NCBI GenBank assembly: GCA_964291285.2 | Contig: OZ219785.1 | Location: forward strand, 32,001-96,000 | DNA length: 64,000 nucleotides | Direction of reading: 5' to 3' | Origin: Alphaproteobacteria bacterium | GTDB lineage: Bacteria; Pseudomonadota; Alphaproteobacteria; Bin95 | In this document: positions 31,185 through 40,744 of the stretch, piece by piece | How the letters are laid out: every line of letters begins with the position of its first letter | Position numbering within the stretch: the stretch's first letter is position 1 | Notes under the pieces: model-generated | Databases searched by the model: none | What the model was told of the DNA's origin: nothing | The model's input: the letters and a program-made list of their open reading frames with translations, nothing else | Made by a program: the position numbers and the translations under genes

Positions 31185-31217
31185 TACCGTCACACCCCAC
31201 GCATCGATGATGCAAAG
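31185..31217 (-). other. MOBF oriT nic site (copy B)
   Basis: Minus strand GCATC-atc-GATGC hairpin running into TGCGTGGGGTGT^G, which matches the F-plasmid nic sequence as I recall it. A MOBF relaxase is encoded 6.5 kb away. Confidence 0.78.
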
Positions 31218-31292
31218 TGTCCAGGGAGCCCTCAGAGCTGCCCTTTCGGGGGCTCTGGGGGTCACCAGGGGTCTCGGAGTTGTTGGAGCAAG

Positions 31293-31400
31293 CGCCATGC
31301 GCTCGCCATGCGCGGATCGTCATCGCCCAGACCTCTGGAGGCCCCGCCTGTCCCCGGCGCCATGCGCGCGCCATGCGCGCCCTGTGGCAGCGCCATGCGC
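31293..31400. repeat. five direct repeats of CGCCATGCGC
   Basis: Copies start at 31293, 31304, 31358, 31369 and 31391. Confidence 0.85.
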
Positions 31401-31588
31401 CGAAATTGGCCAAGCGATGCAAGCGGCTCGCCCTTTTGCATGCGCCGTGATGACCTTCAGCGACCAGCGTCTACCTCGATCTGCTCTTTCAGATCGGCAC
31501 GTACAGGCGAGGTGCTGACAGTGATCTGCTCGAACCAAAGGACTGCCGCCCCTCCTTCCTTGAGCGTGATCTCGTCCACGCTGCGGCT

Positions 31589-32464
31589 GTGGCGGATACC
31601 GTTCCGGAGGTCCGCGAGTTGTCCGAAGCGCCTTCCGAGAGTCCCTTTGTTGGCGAGGCGCCCCTCGAAACGCTGCCGGAGCCCCCGCAGTTGAGGCGTC
31701 AAGTCCGGCCGTTTCTTCATCAGAAGATCTTCCATCGCGTCCTGGAGCGTGCGTTGCCGCTCCACGAAAGTCCCGTGCCCCCCTTTTCCGCTTCCGGCCC
31801 GGCGCAGAGGAAATTCGCAAGCGAGCATTTGGAGCGGCGCGCGCCCTCGTGAAAGCCGGCCACGGTGAAGGCGACATTGAGCTATCTCGACATCGCCATC
31901 CTGTCTACGTTCGGCGATCTGCAAGTCGGCTCGGTCCTGCACCTGCGCGAACGTGAGAAACAAGTCTGCGTTGCGGCAGTGCGGCTGCTCCTGCAGACGG
32001 AGTGCAGGCCGGGCGAAATTCGCCGCCTGCGCTGGTGTCAAGTCAAGCCCGACCGCTTGACCCTGATTGACGCGAAGACGGGACCGAGGCACGTTTTGCT
32101 CGGCGAGTCGGCACGGGAACTGCTGGACGGCCTTGCCGAATCAGCGTCCGGGGAGTGAGTGTTTCCGACAAGTAGGCGAGACGGGCGATTGGGCAAGAAC
32201 GAATTCCACTACTTCTGGACCGCGACACGCGACGCGGCCGAGAACGTGGCGGATGCGCGGCTGCATGACCTCCGCCATGCGCACGCCTCGCACGCGGTCA
32301 TGAACGGGAAAAGCCTGCAGGTCGCAGGTCGTCTGTTCGGACATCGCCGAGCGTCCACGACGAACCGCTATGTCCATCTCGATGACGCGATCCCGGGCCA
32401 AGGTTCCGAGCGGGTTGCAGCGGTGATCGAACAGAAACTACGCCGAACGGAGCCGTTCGGATGA
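31589..32464 (+). pseudogene. degraded tyrosine integrase
   Basis: One frame with two TGA stops (31850, 32156) at Trp positions and an internal deletion. CRPGEI, DAKTG, HDLRH and TNRY remain. Start uncertain. Confidence 0.85.
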
Positions 32465-33369
32465 GCAAGAATCCCTCGGGAGCTGACGTTGCCCGCTGTC
32501 GCGCCGAGATGGCGAGTTTGCTTGCGGAGACGCTCGAGAAGACGCGTAGGCTCGAGGGGAGGCTGGATGTTTCCGGTGGTTGGCGCGAGGCCACGGCGAA
32601 AGTCGACATCAGCGCAGATCCAGCCGCAACGCTTCGGATCGAAGGCGCGCTTATGCTCCGCAAGGCGCGGATACACACGGTCGCTGTCCTCCGAGCCAAC
32701 GAGACCAGCAACCTGCATTCGCTCGCAGTGCAGATGAGGCCGGTTCTTGAGTGTGCCGGACAGGTCGTGTTCAAATTTCAAACCGCAATCATTGCGCCGA
32801 ACGTGCTGATGTCACCGGAAAGTGCCGTCGAACAGTTGGGGAAGCGACTGAATGCGGACTTTTATCAAACGTTGCGCAACCGAACGAGAGGCCAAGTCAG
32901 TCGAAAAGAGCTGCTCGAAATCGCGACGCAGGCGCGATCCGACGCCGCAGCGTCAGTTGGGGCCGCAACGCCGAAAAGGCAGAAATCGTGGAGCCTGAGG
33001 CATACGGACAAGGTGTCTATCCTTCCGAAAGGCCACGCGTGGCACAACTACCTGAGCAATCACTTTACCCACGGCAACCTGTCGGATTGGAAGGGGCTGT
33101 CGTGGCGTGGTGGAGTTATTTCGATCGACAGGGTGGAGGACCAGTTCGCGTTTCTGGGTTTGATGTCCTATCTCACGGACCAGGTGGCTCTCATGAACGC
33201 TGCTGCCGCTCTGTGCCCGGTTGCAGGCGACGCGGACGATCAATGGGACCGGTGGGTAGAACCCACGTTGGCGCAACTGCGCGAAGTGCGGCAGTCGTCG
33301 AAGAGTCTCGTCGACGCCGCCAGGGTGGCCATGACCGGAGAACTAGATGGAAGCGCTGGACTCAATTGA
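32461..33369 (+). CDS. hypothetical protein (possibly DUF5677-like helical protein)
   Basis: 302-aa ORF with ATGA overlap to the integrase remnant; RPVLE...YLSNHFTH pattern. Confidence 0.6.
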   Translation: MSKNPSGADVARCRAEMASLLAETLEKTRRLEGRLDVSGGWREATAKVDISADPAATLRIEGALMLRKARIHTVAVLRANETSNLHSLAVQMRPVLECAGQVVFKFQTAIIAPNVLMSPESAVEQLGKRLNADFYQTLRNRTRGQVSRKELLEIATQARSDAAASVGAATPKRQKSWSLRHTDKVSILPKGHAWHNYLSNHFTHGNLSDWKGLSWRGGVISIDRVEDQFAFLGLMSYLTDQVALMNAAAALCPVAGDADDQWDRWVEPTLAQLREVRQSSKSLVDAARVAMTGELDGSAGLN

Positions 33370-33910
33370 GGAACTGCGCGCGCTGTGTGAACAGGATCGC
33401 GATGTGCTTCGTGACCTCGCCCGAATCCATATCGACATCGACGCGCCGAATCGGAGGGTCAAGCCGAACGAGCCAGATTGGGTCTTCCGCCTTCGCAAAC
33501 TATGCCTCCATGTGGTGGCGATGGCCGAATGCGAAGTCAGCTGCGATGACCTGCATGTAATGACGACAGAATTGCGGGCAGCGTACGAGCAGATGGACGC
33601 GGTGTGGAAGTGTCTGCCCGAGGAGTTCCGGTTCAATGATGACAGGGACTGGTGGTCCCACGAGGCAGACGACGGGCTGGCGGCATACAACCATCCCACG
33701 CCGGTCAGTTTGGCTTTTCCATTGGCGAAGGGCGGTTTCAGCGATGCAGAGGCATCAGAGAGTTATCTGCGGCTCGCCGTGTGGATAGGCCGCCTGGGAT
33801 GTGGATACGGAATGGCGCTCGCGCATCTGGCACAAATGCTGGGCACCGAAGGCGACATCGAGTCTCGTCTGGTATCCGTGCTACCCGACATCGACAGGGC
33901 CGGCCGGTGA
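33347..33910 (+). CDS. hypothetical protein
   Basis: 187-aa acidic ORF with GGAG RBS, overlapping the upstream gene. Confidence 0.6.
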   Translation: MEALDSIEELRALCEQDRDVLRDLARIHIDIDAPNRRVKPNEPDWVFRLRKLCLHVVAMAECEVSCDDLHVMTTELRAAYEQMDAVWKCLPEEFRFNDDRDWWSHEADDGLAAYNHPTPVSLAFPLAKGGFSDAEASESYLRLAVWIGRLGCGYGMALAHLAQMLGTEGDIESRLVSVLPDIDRAGR

Positions 33911-34006
33911 CCCCGGTATTGATCGATCCACCAATCGGTTGCGCCCGTGTGGTCTCGACGCAGCAGGTCGGCCTGCCGTCCGTCCCGTTGAACTATTGAA
34001 ATCATC

Positions 34007-34153
34007 ATGGCGCTGATTCCACCAAGATACCTGAACGCGGTCGTTTCTTTGAAAACAACTGGCCAGTCCTTCCAACACGTCGGTACGGGGTTCCTGTACG
34101 CCCAACCCCCACCCGAAGGGCAGGGCCACACACCGTATCGGGGATACTTGGTT
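34007..34153 (+). pseudogene. N-terminal fragment of a trypsin-like serine protease
   Basis: MALIPP..AVVSL..GTGFLY..YLV, cut off before the catalytic His. Confidence 0.5.
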
Positions 34154-34440
34154 AAGAGCGAGCAGCGACAGGCGATCAAGGCGCTGCACCGGATGCGTCA
34201 GCAGTTTGTGAAGTTTGGTACCGCTCAGATCAACGGTCTGCGCGGCCCTCTGATCGAATACGGGGAAGTCATGCCGAAGGGTCGGGCCGGAATTAGCCGC
34301 ACGATCGCTCCTGCCCTGGAACGGGTCGCCGAGCGGCTGCCGGCGATAGTGATCGACACGCTTCGCGAGCAGCGGGCGCGGGTAGGCCAACCCGGCCGGG
34401 AGATCGGCGAGATCGAGCGGCGGATCGGCGCGTGGCACCG
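34154..34440 (+). pseudogene. IS110-family transposase internal fragment
   Basis: KSEQRQAIKALHRMRQQFVK..TAQINGLRG..EYG motif. Confidence 0.7.
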
Positions 34441-34541
34441 TCGCGCCGAGGCCCTCGAAGACCACAAGGCATTGCTGCTCAGTCATCTCGACGAAGAGCA
34501 CATGATATACGACCATGAGTTCTGCCAAGCCTTGCTCCTAG

Positions 34542-35414
34542 GCCCTGTGGACGTATTGACTCAGGAGCGTGTTCAGGGATTCCCGTGCGAGGATTTGTCT
34601 GAATCATGAGGCGTCGGCGATTCGGGGGTTTCGTTGATGTCGACGAAGATGACGAATGGAGACTGGGAGGTTGCGCTGGAGGTTTTCCGGCTTTGCCTTC
34701 CGAGGCGGGGTGCGAAGGCGAAGGACGACCGTCTGTTTCTGGAGGCGCTGCACTTCTTTGCGGTTCACAACATCACCTGGCGGGCGCTGCCGGAGCGGTT
34801 CGGGCACTGGAATACGGTATGGCGGCGTTTTCACCGTCTGAGCCGTTCAGGGGTGTTCGAGGACTTTTTCGCCACGCTGGCGGATTTGAGCAGCACGGCG
34901 CACCTGGTTCAGATGTTCGATTCGACCGTGACCCGCGCGCATGTATCGGCGGCCGGCGCAAAAGGGGGCAGCAGGGTCAGGCGCTTGGACGCTCGCGGGG
35001 CGGTTTCAGCACCAAAATCCACCTGAAGACCGATTTCGACGGCCTGCCGATCGCCTTCGACCTGACCGGCGGCGAGGCAGCCGACAGTCCGCATTTCGAG
35101 ACCCTGATGGACATCGGCCCCGATGTCCGGCCCCGCGCCATCGTCGCCGACAAGGGCTATGACAGCGCCGGAAACCGCCAACTCGCCCGGAAAAGAGGCG
35201 CCCTGACCGTCATTCCCTACCGGAAGAACATCAAAAACAGGCCAAAGCGCTTCGCAAGCGCGCTCTACAGAGGACGGGCGCGCATCGAACAGGCCGTCGG
35301 CAAGCTCAAACGCTTCAAACGCATCGCCCTGCGCTGCGAAAAGACCGCCACAAACTTCAGCTCCTTCGTCGCACTCGCCGCTGCCTTCATCTTGATCAAA
35401 TCCGTCCACAGGAC
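34542..35414 (+). mobile_element. IS5-family (IS427-like) element, copy 1, 873 bp
   Basis: IRs gccctgtggacg / cgtccacaggac, flanked by CTAG on both sides. Confidence 0.92.
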
Positions 35415-35418
35415 CTAG
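34637..35418 (+). CDS. IS5-family transposase, two ORFs joined by a probable -1 frameshift
   Basis: WRALPERFGHWNTVWRRF in ORF A; GRSRGGFSTKIH, ADKGYD and RIEQ in ORF B; AAAAGGGGG slippery site near 34960. Confidence 0.88.
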
Positions 35419-35706
35419 GCAAGTCGTATTAGCGGCCAATACACCTGGAATGAATTTGATGTTGAAGGCCAAACAGTTCGATTACGGTACGGCCTTAGCG
35501 CATCGGGGATATAACAGGGGATATTTTCGTTCATGGCGGGGTTGGCGCTTTAACTGGCTCGGCATAAGGACGCTGGAAAACGAATTTCTATCCAATGCCA
35601 ACAATTTATGTCATTACACCCATCACGTCTTTCAATTGCACCGAATAGAGCAGATTAAATTAGATCTGGATTATTCATCGATCGCCTTCGTGGATGGAAG
35701 CTCCTC

Positions 35707-36522
35707 ATGAATGATAATTTGATAGGTTCTGCTCGGCCAAAATTCAGCCAGCATAAATGGAAAACCGAGAAGAACATTATTCTTCGGTTCCTTGCGCGAC
35801 CAGACCATTGCGCATCCGTGTTCTTCTATCTGTTTCACAATGTGGCGTTATTCAGAGCATTTGTTGAAGTAATTGCAATAGCGGCTCTGATTGCGACTGC
35901 GATCGGTGTTTTCCTAGAATTCGAGGAAAGAAGTAGGGATCGAGCCGTGCGTCGCGCGATGCTTTTGGTCGAGATTAGCCAATTGCGTTCTCTCTCGATA
36001 GAAAAACGCGCGGCGCCTCTTCATGCTATTATTGAAGCCCTTTTGAAAAATGATCGAGATTTGCGCAATATTGACCTCAGTGACATGATTTTGAGTGGTC
36101 TGGATTTCAGTGAAGCGAGTATGAGTGGCGCGAGCTTCTATAAAGCTCAACTTTTGGGTGGTAAATTTGATAAAGCAGACCTTCGCGGGGCGCAGTTCGG
36201 CAACGTTAGAATTGACGGAACAAGTTTTCGCAATTCAAACCTTCGCGGCGCGACCTTCGGTTATGCCATCAATATAAAGCGTGCGGATTTCAGTGATGCT
36301 GATCTAACTTCCGTTATATTTAGTTACACCACCATTGACGATACTATAGTTTTCCGTGACGCACAGCTAAGAGATTCTTACTTCGTCGGTACGACTCTAA
36401 GTCACGCAGATCTGAGTACAGCGCAAGGGTTGAGCACGGAGCAACTTAGCGCCGCTTGTGCTAATCCAAATGCACCTCCGAAACTACCCGAGTCTGTGCG
36501 TTGGAAGGGTAAAGACTGTTAG
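35707..36522 (+). CDS. membrane-anchored pentapeptide-repeat protein (low GC)
   Basis: TM helix followed by A(D/N)LxxA-type repeats (ADLRGAQF, SNLRGATF, ADFSDADL). Confidence 0.85.
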   Translation: MNDNLIGSARPKFSQHKWKTEKNIILRFLARPDHCASVFFYLFHNVALFRAFVEVIAIAALIATAIGVFLEFEERSRDRAVRRAMLLVEISQLRSLSIEKRAAPLHAIIEALLKNDRDLRNIDLSDMILSGLDFSEASMSGASFYKAQLLGGKFDKADLRGAQFGNVRIDGTSFRNSNLRGATFGYAINIKRADFSDADLTSVIFSYTTIDDTIVFRDAQLRDSYFVGTTLSHADLSTAQGLSTEQLSAACANPNAPPKLPESVRWKGKDC

Positions 36523-36914
36523 CCCAACTTGTTCCCAGCAGTACAACTGTGTGGCCTGATTTTTGTGCGGGGAGGGTTGTCTTCGACAGTGCGCCGGTCT
36601 GGCATGGCCCAGAGCGTCGGCTGAGTGCGGTGGACCGCCCCAGATTTCGAACTACTCGCCCGATTACAGCACCAGCACTTGAGCCAGCGGCGAGAGATAG
36701 ATGACAGTAATGTCGCGGCTCTTGTCCACAAAAGGCGGATCGTCCGAGAACTTGAAGGTCTCCGCACGAGGGCGCCGCACGCTGAAGAGTATCCCTCCGC
36801 GGTGGACCCCCTATGGCACTTCTCCGGGATCGGGGAGGGTCAGTGCTCGGAGATGAGCGCGCCGTAAGTGTCCAAGGGGACTATGCAGATGTCGGACGCA
36901 GCCTAGCGTGCGGG

Positions 36915-37061
36915 TTACCACGTGTTCTTCATCAGAACCACCGATCTGGTGCAGCGCATACAGGTCGCGCGCCGCGAGCTCGCCTTGGAAACACTGCTGG
37001 CCCGGCTCGACTGCTACCATCTCCCGATCCTCGACGATATCGCCTATATCCAGAAGGACTA
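36915..37061 (+). pseudogene. IS21 IstB ATPase fragment
   Basis: FIRTTDLVQRIQVARRELALETLLARLD..ILDDIAY. Confidence 0.75.
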
Positions 37062-37370
37062 GCAAGGACGAGACGCTCCTGGCTGTTCACCGGCTCCGAC
37101 CGCGGCGGCCTGCGCGCGGCCGCCATGTACACCATGATCGGCACCACCAAGCTCAACGATGTCGATTCCTAGGCTTGGCTCGCCGACGTACTCGCCCGCA
37201 TCGCCGGGACGCCGCAGAGCCGGCTCGACGAACTTTTACCGTGGAACTGGCGGAACAACCGGTAGCTCGCTCAGGACGCATAGTTCGCAACCGCCGCTTC
37301 GTGCTACATCACTGGCATAACCGGCCCAAGTTCACAGCAACACACCCTGCGGCCCTCGCCGGACGCATTC
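37062..37370 (+). pseudogene. IS66 transposase C-terminal fragment with a degenerate right end
   Basis: SWLFTGSDRGG.RAAAMYT.IGT.KLN..*AWLADVLARI..LDELLPWNW; end ggacgcattc. Confidence 0.8.
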
Positions 37371-37373
37371 GAT

Positions 37374-37766
37374 TCAGCCGACGAGGCCCGGGCGCAGCCT
37401 GTCCTGCAGGGCACGCGCTTCAGCGACCAGCGCGTCGACCTCGTCTTCGCGCCCTTCGCGGACCATCGCGTCGCGTTTCTCGGTCGCCAGGAACCAAGTG
37501 TAGCGGAACATCCGCTCGATCAGGGGCGCCAGCGACGGCGCCAGCGCGCCGGCAGCCATGCTTTCGGGGCTCCGTGCAAACGCCAAAATTGTCTCGCGGA
37601 CAAACTCGGCAGGGGGCGTCTCGTGCAACAGGGCGGCACGTCTGACCTCCTCCCACTCGGAATCCGAGAAGCGGATGGTCCTGTTCCTTCGCGCATCCTC
37701 CGGCCGATCGGCTGCCGCCCCGCTTTCTGGCGCGTCCTTTCCCCTGCCGTTTCCTTCACAATCCAA
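37374..37766 (-). CDS. ribbon-helix-helix relaxosome accessory-like protein
   Basis: RTIRFSDSEWEEVRRAA..PAEFVR RHH pattern; overlaps the relaxase 3' end. Confidence 0.65.
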   Translation of the reverse strand: MDCEGNGRGKDAPESGAAADRPEDARRNRTIRFSDSEWEEVRRAALLHETPPAEFVRETILAFARSPESMAAGALAPSLAPLIERMFRYTWFLATEKRDAMVREGREDEVDALVAEARALQDRLRPGLVG

Positions 37767-40743
37767 GGTCCATGCCTCCCTTGCCGCGGTCGCGCACCGG
37801 CGGTTCCGGCGCCCTCGCCGGCGTCTTCGTGCTTTCGCGCGCCTTCCCGGCGCCCTCGTGGGGGCCCCGTTCCGGCCGCATCGAACGGTCCGGCGCGGCC
37901 TCGGCCGCCCTGTCCGGCGCCTCGCGCTTCATTTCGCCGATGCCTTCGAGCGCCGCGATGCGCTCGCCGGTGGCCTCCTGGAGCCGGGCGCGAAGCTGGG
38001 CCGCGTCGTCGGTGACCAACTCGGCCCGGTCGCGGGCGCGGCTGATCTCGACATAGAAGCTCTTCTGCGTGGTGAGATGCGGATGCCGCGCTTCCATGGC
38101 GGCGATCACATTGTCCACCGTGCGGCCCTGGAAGGCATGCACGGTGGACGCCCAGGCATGATCGAGATGACGCAGCTGCGGGTCGCCCCTGGCAAGTTCG
38201 AGCGTCTTGCCGTCCTCCAGGCGGAACGTCACCCGGCCGCTGGCCACATTGAGCACTTCCGCCGGGCGGCTGTTGACAAGGCCGAGGCCGGCGTCGTTGC
38301 GCGTCCAGCGGATGCGGTCGCCGGCGCGCAACTCGATGTCCTCGACCTTGTAGACCTCGCTGCCGCCGCGCCGGCCGCCGATCTCCTCCGGCTTCCAGGC
38401 GACGGAGCCGCCCTCGCCGTCCGCGAGCAACACCGCGCCGGCCTCGCGGTCGACGCCCGTGACGCGCCGTTCGTCGCCCTTCTCGACGCCGATGCGGAGG
38501 TAGGGGCGGTGGAACGCCACCACGTCGCCCGGCTCATAGTTGTCCGCCAGCGCCTTCTCGGCATTGGTGTAGCCCTTCGAGACCAGCCGTTCCGACCCCA
38601 TGGCGCGGCCGTGGAGCCGGCCCTCGCGGTCGAGGCGCTGGCGGATATGGCCGTTGATCGCCTGGCGCAGCTCGTGCGAGGGCGCCATGACGCCGGTGTT
38701 CTCCCGGGCTTCCGCGTCGAGCCGGAGCCATCTTGCGGCCACCGCGCCGGCGATATTGTCCGGTTTGACCTCGGCGATGTTGGCGCCGAGCTTCGCAAAG
38801 GCGCGGACGACGTCGCCCCGGAGGCTCGCCTCGACGGCTTCCTTCAGTGCCGGATCTCGCTGACGCATGATCTCGTCCATGGTCGCGGCCTGCATGCCGG
38901 CGGCCTGGAGCTGGGCGAAGGGCTTACCGGCGTCCACCGCGTCGAGCTGCCTGGCGTCGCCCACCAGCACCACGCGGGGCAGGCGCAGTTCGGCCGCGAT
39001 GCGCAGCAGGTCGCGGGTCTGCACGGTGGAGGCGAGCGAGCCCTCGTCGACCACCAGGATGGTCTTCGCGAAGGCGGCGCGCATCTCCTTCGCGCCCTTG
39101 CTTGTGAGCCTGCCCTCGGCCACGCCGGCATTGCGGGCGAGGAACATCTGGAGGGTTTCGGTGGGAATGCCGGCTTCCGAAGCCAGGGTCTGCGCCGCCG
39201 AGGCCGAGGGCGCGAGGCCCGCCATGCGCCAGCCCTTCTTCTCCACCAGCGTCCTTGCCCGGTTCAGCATCGTTGTTTTCCCCGTTCCGGCGTAGCCCTG
39301 GACGCCCACCACCCGGTCCTTCGCCGACAGGATCAGCTTCACCGCATCCTTCTGCCCGGCCGTGAGCGGCCCCTTGTTGAGGTGTCCCTGCACCTGCCAG
39401 CCCCGCATGAGAGCCCGGCCGCGCGCCTGGCCGCCCCGCATCAGCGCCACCGTCTCGCGCTCCTCGCCGGCGGTCTTCTCCGTCGCAAGCGAGTCCTCGG
39501 CGCCCGGCATGTCGACGGAGTGCAGCGCTCCGGCCTTCTCCAGCGCCGCGACTTCCCGCTCGGCGTCCTCGATCGCGACCGCGCCCGGCGCATGGGCGAG
39601 TGCGGCCGCGAACAGGTCGGCGCGGGAGAACACCGCCGCGCGCTCGGAGAGGTGCGCCATCGCCCAGGCGACCGCCTCCGCTGCGGGCGAGGGCGGCGGT
39701 TCCGGCGCGGCCTCCGGCCCATGCCCGCCAGGGCCGGACAGGCTCTCCGCGCGATCCGGCGACCGCTCGGCGTGCCGGTTGCCGCCGGCGGGCGCCGGCC
39801 GCATCTCCGGGCCGGCGGCCCGTTCCATCGCGTCGGCTGCGAGTGCCGGAGCATTGAGGCCGATATCGGCGGCCTGGTGCTGCCACACGTCCCCGAGCTC
39901 GTCGCGGTCGATGTCGCGCTTGGCGGCGCGCGTCATCAGCGCGGCGCGCTCCGCGATACGCGGATTGTCGGAGGAAGCGCCGAGCCCGCGCGCTTCCATC
40001 GCCGCCTCGATCTCGGCGCGGCGGCTCGAGAACGCCTCGATCGCCTCCCTGGCAACCCCCGCGATCTCGAAGCGCCCGTCGGCATGGGTCTTCTCGACGG
40101 CGTAGCCGAGCTTCCCGAGACCCGCGGCAAGCTCGTTGCGGTAGAGCATGCCGATCAGCTTCTGCTGCGCATAGAGCCCCTCGTTGGCCATCGAGCGCCA
40201 CTTGCCGTCCTCCCCCTGGACCATGTTGGCGAGCACGGCATGTGTGTGAAGCTGCGGGTCGAGATTGCGCGAGGTGTCGTGCCGGAAGGTGGTGGCGACG
40301 ATCTTCTGGTTGCCGACCCGCCCCATCTTTCCCGTCTCCGGGTCCTTCATCCTGGTTTCCGAGGCGTTCTTCTCGACCCAGGCGAGCACCGCCGCCACGG
40401 CGCGGTCGTGGGCCTCGACGATGCGCCGGTCGCCGCCGACCAGCGCGGCGATGGAGACCGACTTGGGCGCCGAGAAGGTAAGGTCGCGGCCCGGACGGTG
40501 CTCGATGCTCCCGTCCTTGCCCCGGCGGCCCAGCCGCGTGTCCGAGCCGTCGGGCACGCGGCCTTCCAGGACCTGCCGGAAGGTGGCGGCGTCGACCGGG
40601 CCCTTCAGGCCGAGCTCTTCGGCGCCCTTTCCGGCCCAGGCACTGGCGTCGCGATGCTCGGGGTCGTCCTTCGCGTAGTAGCCGTCGCGCTCGTAATAGC
40701 TCGCCCCTTGGGCGGCCGAAGAAAGCGCGCCGATCGAGAGCAT
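37756..40743 (-). CDS. traI: MOBF relaxase-helicase (TrwC/TraI)
   Basis: YY..DGYY, DLTFSAPKSVS, HDTSR.LDPQLHTH, GYAGTGKTT and VVDEGS. Confidence 0.96.
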   Translation of the reverse strand: MLSIGALSSAAQGASYYERDGYYAKDDPEHRDASAWAGKGAEELGLKGPVDAATFRQVLEGRVPDGSDTRLGRRGKDGSIEHRPGRDLTFSAPKSVSIAALVGGDRRIVEAHDRAVAAVLAWVEKNASETRMKDPETGKMGRVGNQKIVATTFRHDTSRNLDPQLHTHAVLANMVQGEDGKWRSMANEGLYAQQKLIGMLYRNELAAGLGKLGYAVEKTHADGRFEIAGVAREAIEAFSSRRAEIEAAMEARGLGASSDNPRIAERAALMTRAAKRDIDRDELGDVWQHQAADIGLNAPALAADAMERAAGPEMRPAPAGGNRHAERSPDRAESLSGPGGHGPEAAPEPPPSPAAEAVAWAMAHLSERAAVFSRADLFAAALAHAPGAVAIEDAEREVAALEKAGALHSVDMPGAEDSLATEKTAGEERETVALMRGGQARGRALMRGWQVQGHLNKGPLTAGQKDAVKLILSAKDRVVGVQGYAGTGKTTMLNRARTLVEKKGWRMAGLAPSASAAQTLASEAGIPTETLQMFLARNAGVAEGRLTSKGAKEMRAAFAKTILVVDEGSLASTVQTRDLLRIAAELRLPRVVLVGDARQLDAVDAGKPFAQLQAAGMQAATMDEIMRQRDPALKEAVEASLRGDVVRAFAKLGANIAEVKPDNIAGAVAARWLRLDAEARENTGVMAPSHELRQAINGHIRQRLDREGRLHGRAMGSERLVSKGYTNAEKALADNYEPGDVVAFHRPYLRIGVEKGDERRVTGVDREAGAVLLADGEGGSVAWKPEEIGGRRGGSEVYKVEDIELRAGDRIRWTRNDAGLGLVNSRPAEVLNVASGRVTFRLEDGKTLELARGDPQLRHLDHAWASTVHAFQGRTVDNVIAAMEARHPHLTTQKSFYVEISRARDRAELVTDDAAQLRARLQEATGERIAALEGIGEMKREAPDRAAEAAPDRSMRPERGPHEGAGKARESTKTPARAPEPPVRDRGKGGMDLGL

Positions 40744-40744
40744 G

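Noticed and set aside
20120-31217. The 27-bp repeats as plain attL/attR
   Set aside because: Not excluded but disfavoured: the ABC gene does not resume beyond 31217, and copy B matches the F nic sequence with an abutting hairpin.
35450-35710. 86-aa ORF (and the 80-aa ORF at 36625-36867)
   Set aside because: Short, no motifs, and located among IS debris; insufficient evidence.
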